This document shows, piece after piece, positions 40,457-64,000 of a stretch of DNA of 64,000 nucleotides (position 1 is the stretch's first letter; the number at the start of each line of letters is the position of its first letter). Source of the DNA: Flaccisagitta enflata (taxonomy: Eukaryota); NCBI GenBank assembly GCA_965153355.1, contig OZ231126.1, positions 14,012,001-14,076,000 on the forward strand, read 5' to 3'. Under the pieces are notes generated by a model. It was not told the DNA's origin and did no database searches. It saw nothing but the letters and a program-made list of their open reading frames with translations. Made by a program: the position numbers and the translations under genes.

Positions 40457-42086
40457 CGCATCAACACATCTTGCCATTTTTAGTCATGGACTAGTGACTT
40501 TTTAAGAGTATAAGAGGTTCTGTCTGTCCATTGGTCCGTTTGTTGGTATTTCTGCGGTCTATCCATATGTCTGTGCTGATTGAATAAAACAGTTGCAAAA
40601 TGATCGTTCTAGATGCCTATGTGTGTGGGCGTCGGGGTTGGGGTGTGGATGGGGGTTGGAAGCCCCTGCTCAATCATCCAGGACAATATTGTAACCCCGC
40701 GTTACTATCTGAAAACAACATTAACTTTGGAAGATTGTTTCTTCTTAACGAATTGAGTTAGCGACCTCAACTTGGTCTCATTTTAAAAACCTGTGTCTGC
40801 TCTTTAAAATGAGCCTAAATTGGGGTCACTTGGTCAATTCGTTTTGGAGATATACGAGTTAGAAGTCACCCCTCCTATGTAGAAATGATTTCTCCTTTGA
40901 AATCACTTCAGTCATTGTAAGGTGGAGTAGGAGCTGGAGCTAAGCAGGTAGCGCCGGGAAAATTAATTTTTGCAAGTTTCTCCCTTCATAAGTATTACAA
41001 CCGCAATCATTTATCACCTATATGAGGATTTTCTCAGAAAAACTCATCTTTTACTCCCTCTATTGTCTCACGTGAAAAAAATCAAAAATTAGGTTTATGG
41101 TGATTAATGACATGTACAGTTCACACATTTTTAGGGACTCAAGTCTGTTTGATCGACTCACTATTGATATAGCATGACATAATAGAGACTGCTATAGAAT
41201 TACAGTACACTAGGAAGTAAGCAGCACTGAAATTCAAAGTTGTGTGTTTTCCTAGCAACGAGTTACCAAGATACTGGCCTGAAACAACAAGTTTCAAAGG
41301 CCGAATCAATTAAAATGCATGTTACCCAACTCAAATCAGTACAAATCAATCTGGGGTAGTGAAAATTAGCAGTACATTTTTTTCCATGTTCCTGACCTCA
41401 AGAAGGCATGAAATTTTATGTGTGATATCGGACAGAGGGGGTGAAGGGCCACCCGATTTGATTCATGAGAATTGCCCATTCCTTGATACCTTCACATTAG
41501 AATTGTTTTGATTTGCCTACTCAAAATGGCTTCCAGTGAACATTTGAAATCGCACAGTTGTTTGTACGCATCCACTTAACACATGACTCTAATTTGTTCA
41601 GATTTTAATAGTCCAGAGTCATCAGAACAGTACCAATCTGAGGATTTGATTTTGCCTATTTGGGGTATGTTGTGAATGGGCGTTGGAGGCTCTTGGCAGG
41701 GTCAGTTACTCTATTTTTGGTGCTCATTGGATATCATTAGCACAGCCCAGGTCAGATAAAGCTGTCTCAGTAAGTTCAGATTGGTCACCGCTAGTCCCTT
41801 AAAAGGATAAGTGGACTGACTGGGATCAATTGAGAACTATCAAGAAGATCCTTGACCCTTTCCTTAAAGATTCCTGACCCATTACCAGTACAGAAGTAAT
41901 AGGGAGGATTGCATTGTGGCCCGCTGAAGTGTCTAGAGTCATTGAAGGCGCAAATCACCACTGATCTAGGCATTCTTGGTTTTGTCCGACAGAGATTCGA
42001 TTTCTCTCGCTGTCGGCTTTAACTATACATCATTATTTTCTTCTTAGGGGCCCCTAAGGGCCCCAAAAAAAAACCCTTTATGAGGA

Positions 42087-43640
42087 TTTTTAGTCGCGTG
42101 CACGCGACTCTACAACCCGCTCCGTCGGTCTGTCGGTCCGTCGGTCGGTCCGTCGGTCGGTCGGTCCGTAACACTTTGCTTTTTTACGTCGTTTTTTGTC
42201 ATTTTGGGTCGTCTGGAGTTATTTTGAATCATTTTTTTGGTGTTTTTGAGAATTATTGGTTGTTTTTGGTCATCTTTTATCATTTCTGGTCATTTTTGGT
42301 CATTTTTGGTCATTTTGGTCATTTTGGTCATTTTGGCCATTTTGGTCATTTTGGTCATTTTTGATCACTTTTGATCACTTTTGGTTATTTTTGGTCATTT
42401 TTGGTCATTTTTGGTCATTTTTGGTCATTTTTGGTCATTTTTGGTCATTTCGGTCATTTCGTTCATTTCATTCATTTCGGTCATTTTGGTCATTTTGGTC
42501 ATTTTTGGTCATTTTTGGTCATTTTTGGTCATTTTTGGTCATTTTGGTCATTTTGGTCATTTTGGTCATTTTTGGTCATTTTTGGTCATTTTTGGTCATT
42601 TTCGGTCATTTCGGTCATTTCGGTCATTTTGGTCATTTTTGGTCATTTTTGGTCATTTTGGTCATTTTTGGTCATTTTTGGTCATTTTTGGTCATTTTTG
42701 GTCATTTTTGGTCATTTTTGGTCATTTTTGGTCATTTTTGGTCATTTTGGTCACTTTGCATTTTTGCATTGTCTATAGGTGTTGGCTGGGTTAAATCGGC
42801 TGGGTTAAATTGGCTGGTTTAAGTCTGCTGGTTTAAGTCTGCTGGTTTAAGTCTGCTGGTTTAAATTGGCTGGTTTAAGTCAGCTGGTTTAAGTCTGCTG
42901 GTTTAAGTCTGCTGGTTTAAGTTGGCTGGTTTAAGTCTGCTGGTTTAAGTCTGCTGGTTTAAGTCGGCTGGTTCAAGTCTGCTGGTTTGAGTCTGCTGGT
43001 TTAAGTCTGCTGGTTTAGGTCTGCTGGTTTAAGTCTGTCAGTTTAAGTCTGCTGGTTTAAGTCTGCTGGTTTAAGTCTGCTGGTTTAAGTCTGCTGGTTT
43101 AAGTCTGGTTGTTGCTGGTTTAGGTCTGCTGGTTTAAGTCTGCTGGTTTAAGTCTGCTGGTTTAAGTCTGCTGATTTTAAGTCTGCTGGTTTAAGTCTGC
43201 TGGTTTAAGTCTGGTTTAAGTCTGGTTTAAGTCTTGTTTAAGTCTGCTATAAGTCTGGTTTAAATCTGTTATAAGTCTGGTTTAAGTCTGGTTTGAGTCT
43301 GGTTTGAGTCTGGTTTTAGTCTGGTTTAAGGCTGGTTTGAGTCTGGCTTGAGTCTGGTTTACGTCTGGTTTAAGTCTGGTTTAAGTCTGGTTTAGGTCTG
43401 GTTTAGGTCTGGTTTATGTCTGATTTAGGTCTGGTTTAGGTCTGGTTTAGGTCTGGTTTAGGTCTGCTTTATGTTCTGGTTTCGGTCTGGTTTAATTTTG
43501 GTTTGAGTCTGGTTTGAGTCTGGTTTGAGTCTGGTTTGGGTCTGGTTTAAGTTTGATTCTCGATAAAAAGATATGATTAGGAGTCAGGCCAGTTCAGTTA
43601 TTTTTGTCCTGCACGCGACTTATAGGTGTTGGCCTTGTTT
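42087..43640 (+). mobile_element. Long satellite-bearing HINE
   Basis: Same head and tail; (GGTCATTTTT)n, then 14-bp, then 11-bp arrays. Confidence 0.8.
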
Positions 43641-44021
43641 TTTTAAAGTGGGGTGCAATCGAGAGGAAATTGTTTGATTTGCCTAGATCAAAAATCTTGC
43701 ATTTTCATTTTTTTTCAAAAAACTTTTAAAAATTTTTGTGTCGCCCCTCAGGGACTTAAAAAAAAATCACAAAATATTTTTTTGAAAAATGGTTTTCAAA
43801 AGTGGGGTACCATCAATAAGGAATTGTTTGATTTGCCTAGATCCAAAATATTGTATTTTCACTTATCTTTAAAGAAATAAAAAAAATTTGTGTTGCGCAT
43901 TAGGGACTTGAAAAATCACAAAATATTTTTTTGAAAAATGGTTTTCGAAAGTGGGGTGCACATCGATAGGAAATTGTTAATTTTGCATGGATCCTGTAAC
44001 CTTACTTTTTAAAACAGATTT

Positions 44022-46867
44022 AACAAGTTTGATAGACAAACAATAGATGCGCCCTCGTCGTTACTGGTAGGTTTATTTGCACTGTCACTGAGTAGGTAGT
44101 TTACTGGTGACATGAATAGATGTGGAGAAAGTAGGATACTATTTGCATAAAGTAGTTGAGTGTTCATTTTTCATGAATTCCTTATTTGAAAAAAAATTTC
44201 TTTAAAAGTATTATTGGTAATAAAAATTTGGAGATTAAACGCAATCCACTTCTTTCTTATGACATTTTTTACTTCATTTTGTCTTTAAAGAACTTAATGA
44301 ATGATGTGCTGGATATGTTAAAGTAATGCATGGATTTTAATATAACAAAAATTGAATTGTGGAGGTGGGAGGGATGGGGGCATGATCAACATTGACAATC
44401 AAGCTAGCTGAACAATTGGGGACTGTTTGGGAGAGCAGCTCAAGAGATGCGAGGACGCATCTAATAATGGTTAGGGGTGGTTTTTGAGTGTGTGGGAGTG
44501 CGTAAACTGAATTTGAGAAAATGGGAGACGGACCGACGGACGGACGGACGGACACACCCTCTTATAGAGATGCGAGGACGCATCTAATAATGGTTAGGGG
44601 TGGTTTTTGAGTGTGTGGGAGTGCGTAAACTGAATTTGAGAAAATGGGAGACGGACCGGGAGACGGACGGACGGACGGACGGACACACCCTCTTATAGAG
44701 ATGCGAGGACGCATCTAATAATGGTTAGGGGTGGTTTTTGAGTGTGTGGGAGTGCGTAAACTGAATTTGAGAAAATGGGAGACGGACCGACGGACGGACG
44801 GACGGACACACCCTCTTATAGAGATGCGAGGACGCATCTAATAATGGTTAGGGGTGGTTTTTGAGTGTGTGGGAGTGCGTAAACTGAATTTGAGAAAATG
44901 GGAGACGGACCGACGGACGGACGGACGGACGGACACACCCTCTTATAGAGATGCGAGGACGCATCTAATAATGGTTAGGGGTGGTTTTTGAGTGTGTGGG
45001 AGTGCGTAAACTGAATTTGAGAAAATGACCGACGGACCGACGGACGGACGGACGGACACACCCTCTTATAGAGATGCGAGGACGCATCTAATAATGGTTA
45101 GGGGTGGTTTTTGAGTGTGTGGGAGTGCGTAAACTGAATTTGAGAAAATGGGAGACGGACCGACGGACGGACGGACGGACGGACACACCCTCTTATAGAG
45201 ATGCGAGGACGCATCTAATAATGGTTAGGGGTGGTTTTTGAGTGTGTGGGAGTGCGTAAACTGAATTTGAGAAAATGGGAGACGGACGACGGACGGACGG
45301 ACGGACGGACACACCCTCTTATAGAGATGCGAGGACGCATCTAATAATGGTTAGGGGTGGTTTTTGAGTGTGTGGGAGTGCGTAAACTGAATTTGAGAAA
45401 ATGGGAGACGGACCGACGGACGGACGGACGGACGGACACACCCTCTTATAGAGATGCGAGGACGCATCTAATAATGGTTAGGGGTGGTTTTTGAGTGTGT
45501 GGGAGTGCGTAAACTGAATTTGAGAAAATGGGAGACGGACGGACGGACGGACGGACGGACGGACACACCCTCTTATAGAGATGCGAGGACGCATCTAATA
45601 ATGGTTAGGGGTGGTTTTTGAGTGTGTGGGAGTGCGTAAACTGAATTTGAGAAAATGGGAGACGGACCGACGGACGGACGGACGGACACACCCTCTTATA
45701 GAGATGCGAGGACGCATCTAATAATGGTTAGGGGTGGTTTTTGAGTGTGTGGGAGTGCGTAAACTGAATTTGAGAAAATGGGAGACGGACCGACGGACGG
45801 ACGGACGGACGGACACACCCTCTTATAGAGATGCGAGGACGCATCTAATAATGGTTAGGGGTGGTTTTTGAGTGTGTGGGAGTGCGTAAACTGAATTTGA
45901 GAAAATGGGAGACGGACCGACGGACGGACGGACGGACGGACACACCCTCTTATAGAGATGCGAGGACGCATCTAATAATGGTTAGGGGTGGTTTTTGAGT
46001 GTGTGGGAGTGCGTAAACTGAATTTGAGAAAATGGGAGACGGACCGACGGACGGACGGACGGACGGACACACCCTCTTAGAGAGATGCGAGGACGCATCT
46101 AATAATGGTTAGGGGTGGTTTTTGAGTGTGTGGGAGTGCGTAAACTGAATTTGAGAAAATGGGAGACGGACCGACGGACGGACGGACGGACGGACACACC
46201 CTCTTATAGAGATGCGAGGACGCATCTAATAATGGTTAGGGGTGGTTTTTGAGTGTGTGGGAGTGCGTAAACTGAATTTGAGAAAATGGGAGACGGACCG
46301 ACGGACGGACGGACGGACACACCCTCTTATAGAGATGCGAGGACGCATCTAATAATGGTTAGGGGTGGTTTTTGAGTGTGTGGGAGTGCGTAAACTGAAT
46401 TTGAGAAAATGGGAGACGGACCGACGGACGGACGGACGGACGGACACACCCTCTTATAGAGATGCGAGGACGCATCTAATAATGGTTAGGGGTGGTTTTT
46501 GAGTGTGTGGGAGTGCGTAAACTGAATTTGAGAAAATGGGAGACGGACCGACGGACGGACGGACGGACGGACGGACACACCCTCTTATAGAGATGCGAGG
46601 ACGCATCTAATAATGGTTAGGGGTGGTTTTTGAGTGTGTGGGAGTGCGTAAACTGAATTTGAGAAAATGGGAGACGGACCGACGGACGGACGGACGGACG
46701 GACGGACACACCCTCTTATAGAGATGCGAGGACGCATCTAATAATGGTTAGGGGTGGTTTTTGAGTGTGTGGGAGTGCGTAAACTGAATTTGAGAAAATG
46801 GGAGACGGACCGACGGACGGACGGACGGACACACCCTCTTATAGAGATGCGAGGACGCATCTAAAAA
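44022..46867 (-). mobile_element. Non-autonomous Helentron/DINE-1-like element carrying array 2
   Basis: Shares the post-array body motif GCCCCCATCCCTCCCACCTCCA with the first element; ends GAGGGCGCATCT...CTTGTT on the minus strand. Confidence 0.7.
44443..46867 (-). repeat. Tandem array: 19 units of ~123-131 bp (HINE 5' end) plus a truncated unit
   Basis: Same ~30-bp hairpin head and (GTCC)n on the minus strand, followed by a different unique segment. Confidence 0.97.
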
Positions 46868-48021
46868 TATTTGATTGGGGGCGAGTTCAAAGAGAAAACG
46901 GAAAAAAAATGTTGGTTTTTTTTTTTACTTTCTATGTACGAAAAAGGCTGTAACTTCTTAGCTATTGATGCGATTGTCCTGAAATTTAAAAATACTAGCT
47001 GACGTCATGTTTCACAATGTACGAGCCAAAAATCTCGATTATCAACCGTCTTAAAGTTGAACACACCCCTTTGCCTAACCTAGGGTTTGTTCCTGGGATG
47101 CGTGAAAATGTAACTCTGAATGTTGTGTATTGCGTCATTCAAAGCAGCTTCAAAGTAAACCCACGACGTCACCCATGTTACTTTCGCGGAGGCTGGATGA
47201 AACAAGGCTGGCTACACGGCAAGACGGTCGCGGACGATTGGGTAGGGGCCGTGATGCAATAATCGAATGCAATTCAACAAAATTCGTAACGGACCGACCT
47301 ACCAACCGACCGACACGGCAAGGGCCAAGGTGTCCGCGACTAAAAACGTCTCAGGCAAAATTTCAGACCGCTGTTGCAACGGGAACCTTCGTTAGGAAAC
47401 GTTTAGTATTTTAGGAAGTTATGGGGAGGGTATCACTCATCTGTTGATCCCTAACTTACAAATTTCTATTTTTTGACCTAAGTCCATTATGCGCCAAGTA
47501 CGCACACAGGCGCATACTCCAGGAAGTACAATGATTATGTCTATTTATGAAATAAGGCTTTACTTAGATTTTTTCCTTCCATTGATCATCCCAGAGATGA
47601 AATTAAGCTCAAACGATGGTTCCTGTCCTCAAAATTGCCTGAAATTTTGAGGAGGTACGGTAAGCGGGAAAAAAAGAAAATCTAAACTTTAGCTTTGCGA
47701 AGATCCAAAACTCGCCACCCCACAGTATTCAAGTGCGAAAACGTGAATACTTGCCGCAGTCGTTTTGATTGTCCGTGACAGACAATCAAAACGGCAGCGG
47801 CAAATATTAGTGTTTTCGCACATTCGCACATTTGCACATCGCACTCGATCACCATGGACGGACCAACGGACCGAGGGACGGACAAAGCGTCATAAGAGTT
47901 GCGTGTCCGCAACTAAAAATTGCAACAGCGATTTAGTCAAGATTTAAGTACAACTTCAACTGAAATAGACGAGTCACTTGATTGCAAATTATTTTGAGAC
48001 GCTTACAGATTGAAATGTTGG

Positions 48022-49931
48022 CACGCCACGGGGGAGGCTTTCATGGGTCAAGAAAAATTCTCGGTTATAATGGAGAGTACTTTGGGCTTCAGGAAGGTTT
48101 ACTTTATCACTTCATAACAAAACAAAATTTTTTTTTGCTTCAAAATGTTTCAAAAATGCCGTACAAAGCTGTAAAATTGGCATTTGTGACAGTTTTTTGG
48201 GTTCAAAACCGCCGCTATGATCAAAAATTGGGCAAACAATGATTATCTGGCACTAAGACACATTCATGCATAACTAAAAAGCCATTAAAATGACACTAAA
48301 TGATGACAGGTTGGCCTGTATTTATGCATGAATGTGTCTTGATGCCACACTGTGCTTTTAAAAAAAGTCTCTGTGAAAAATCACATAACAGTGGGTTTCT
48401 CTGGATTTTTGTGTCATATTGGGGTGTAGTAACAAGTAACTGTGAAAAATAGAATCATTCCCCGAGCGCTTTTTAAGTATTCTTCAAACTAGAAAAAAAA
48501 TTGACGCATTTTCAATGCAGATTCTACTGAGTGGTGTTGACACAATTTATGATTCCATATTGTTATTCTATACAAAATTTCCTTTTATTTGATAGGTCGC
48601 ACTATATGGTTTGATATAAAAATAAAGTTTTCATTTTTAAAGCCACTATTACTTTTTTGTAACGGTGACTCAAAAAAAAAAAAAATCTATTTCTTTGGAA
48701 AAGTATAGAGTACGACCTATCAATACAGGGGAATCATGCATAGAATAATAATCAGGCCTTAATTTAGAGCGTACCCGCGTGCCTGAGGCACTCTGTTTTG
48801 CTGTCAGGCACGCTGTTTTTGCTGATGGCGTGCCCGACTGGCACTCTCATCACATCAGATTGACATTTTCTATTTGATTGCTGAATGAAAGATCATTGAT
48901 TCCTTTAACTCATTTATTTGTTCATCAATACATTCATTCACTCATTCATTCATTTAATCATTCATTCATTTTTTCATTCATGGATTTTTTTTTCATTCAC
49001 TCATTCATTTTCCATTCATTCTTTTTCCCATTGACTCATTTATTTTTTTTCTTCTTTTTCTGAAAATAGAATCGAATCTTTTGAATTTGATTTACAAATC
49101 TGAAATATTCCTGAATTAAAAATTTAATCAAATGGATGGATCATGGATCTTGGATTCTTTGACTCATTTATTTGTTTATTTACAAATTGATCAATTTGTT
49201 CATTTATTCTCAAAGGAGAGTTCAAAATTTCCTACATCTGATGATAAAACAAAAAGAAAATTATCAACATTTGACTAATTCTTTACTAATTCTTTACTGA
49301 ATGAATGCACTAATCCTGGAGATTTTGCTTTTATCATGTGTTTGTATCATTGTATGAAAGAGTTCAGTGTGAATGAAGAAGAGAGGTTGAAAACCGGGCA
49401 CCCTCATCCTCTGTCAGGCAGGCTGAACTTCTGAGGAGCGTGCCCAGCGTGCACGCCCAACAGAATCACTAAATTAGGCCTGATGATAATATGTAATCAT
49501 AAATTAAGTCAACACACCTCAGTAAAATCTGCATTGAAAATAGGTCTAATTTTTTTCTATTTTGAAGATTACTCAAAAAGCGCTTGGGGAATGATTTTAT
49601 CCTTGCAGGTTATATGTTTTTGCACCCCAATACTACACAAAACTGCGGTAAAACCTACTGTCATTTTATTTTTCACTCAGAATTGTTTTAAAAGCACAGT
49701 GGCCAGATAATCATTGTTTGCCCATTTTTTTACCATAGCGGCGGTTGTGGACCCAAAAAACTGTCAGAAATGCCAATTTTACGGCTCTTTACGGCATTTT
49801 AAAAAAATTTCGAAGCAAAAAAAATTTTCGTTTTGGTATGAAGTGATAAAAAAAACCTCCCTTAGGCCCACGCCATTCTCCCTTAAGACCGAGAATTTTT
49901 CTTGACCTATGAAAGCCTCCCCCGTGGCGTG
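48022..49931. mobile_element. Large fold-back element with CAC termini and a nested hAT-like MITE (48753-49482)
   Basis: CACGCCACGGGGGAGGCTTTCAT / ATGAAAGCCTCCCCCGTGGCGTG, arms of several hundred bp; inner CAGGCCT...AGGCCTG flanked by ATAATAAT/ATGATAAT. Confidence 0.85.
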
Positions 49932-50228
49932 TCGGGCTGCTCGCCTTTGGTGTAAGACCGATGACCTGACTAATGTGCGTGACACCGATGAACTGACTAC
50001 CTGTAATGCGCGTGATGAGTAATCCCGTCGTGGTGAGATATTTAAGATAAGATATTTAATGATAACTGAACCAGTCAATCATGGCGTGAAAAAGGGTGGT
50101 GGACGCTGGTGAACGCAACATAGTTTTGGGGGAATTGGGGCGGTTACCGCGGACATCCGCGTCGTGTCACTTAGTCTCTCACCAGGCTCGTTCGTGCCAC
50201 TCGCTTGCTCGCTCACTCAGTCCCTCGC

Positions 50229-62760
<12,532 letters not shown>

Positions 62761-64000
62761 CTATCAACAGAATCAAGAATTGAAGGAATTCCAAGTTAAA
62801 AAAATTGGGAAATTTCAGGAGAAACCAACCAATTCATAAAACCCTTAGAAATGGTGTAGAGGTGTGCCCAAGGGAGCTATTCACAAACCTGAATCTTTTT
62901 GTTTTCGACCAATTTCATGGGGGCTTGAAATTTTGGGAATTTTGGGAATTTTGCATTTTTTGGTCGTTGTGTGGATCTTGCCCCCATCCCTCCCACCCCC
63001 AGAATTCATAATTTTTTTTCAAATTCATCCTTTTGCATTTCACTTCAAAACTTATGAAAGTTATACAATTACTCTCAATATGTATTCACCTTTAATATCA
63101 TGAAAATGCTTTCATTGTTTGTCTTTTGCCTCTTAGTAGTTTTAGAATTTTTTTAATTGGGAAAAAAATTGTAAAACGTTTTTCGATTTTTTGAGTTTCG
63201 CTTAGGAATTAATTTTTCCTATTTTCGCTTGAGGTGTTTTGGGGAAGTTGAGTCACAACTAGGCTTGCCCAAGGCTGGGGTTGAAATTGATACCGGGTGA
63301 AAGAAGGCACTTTTTTACACCCCTCTGGAAAAAAACAGGGCGCTGTCAGACCAATACTTAAGGCGCTATAAATTTTTTCATCATTTTTATTTTGTCACTT
63401 TTTCAGCATTTTTCGCAAAGATTGAGATTTTTCATTGACCTTAATTTTGGGCCCTAAGTAACAACAACAAGGCCAGATACATGGCCAATACCAGTTGCGG
63501 ATGGGTAGGAAAAGGCGGATATGCGCTGTTTCCCACTTTTGACTTGTGCTGACGGACCAACGAACCGACGGATGGACCAATGGGCGGATGGACAAAGCCT
63601 GTTATAGAATTGCATGTTCGCAACTAAAAATGAGTTCAGCAGAGGGCAGAGGAAGGGAGAGGGAGGAAGGGAGAGGGAGGGAGGAAGGGGGAAGGAGGGA
63701 GAGGAAGGGAAAAGGATGAAGGGAGAGGGAGGGAGGGAGAGGGAGGGGGAGGGAGAGAGGGAGAGGGGAAGGATTAGGAGGGAGAGCACTGTGCTCTGAA
63801 AACATATCATAGCAGGACAAAAATATAAGCCCGCATAAACAGATGATTATTTCAGTCAAAAAGTATGCTTTGATATGTTGACATTGTATGTATATAGGGT
63901 TTTGCCCGCTTCCCGAATCATTTAAGAGTCCCTTTCAGCTATTGAAGTCAGATGGTGACATAAAAATAACCGCAAAATTTTCCTATTTTTTCAAAAACAG

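Noticed and set aside
44460-46760. TTAGGG in every unit of array 2, and CCCTAA motifs near 53215-53250, as telomeric sequence
   Set aside because: Single, non-tandem hexamers; not a telomere tract.
32555-46867. CRISPR-like appearance (palindromic ~30-bp repeat separated by longer segments)
   Set aside because: The intervening segments are identical within each array, no cas genes are present, the context is eukaryotic, and the repeat is a HINE terminus.

Overview
AT-rich, repeat-dense eukaryotic (probably invertebrate animal) DNA; most entries in the ORF track are repeat or microsatellite artefacts. Two intron-split glycosylation genes face each other tail to tail. On the + strand is a complete 9-exon PGAP4/TMEM246-like GPI GalNAc transferase (1037-22380, ~519 aa by manual splicing). 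On the - strand are the last five exons of a fukutin-like (LicD family) gene (62760-50229), whose 5' end was not found in the window. The rest is mostly non-autonomous mobile DNA: more than 30 DINE-1/Helentron-type (HINE) elements, MITEs with TA, 3-, 8- and 9-bp TSDs (often nested), a LINE remnant and microsatellites. Two homogeneous, oppositely oriented arrays each hold 19 tandem copies of a HINE 5' end. The most interesting signals are PGAP4 introns with transposon-like footprints, weak splice signals throughout both genes, and the twin hairpin arrays. Gene models are manual, have no RNA support, and rely on homology recalled from memory.
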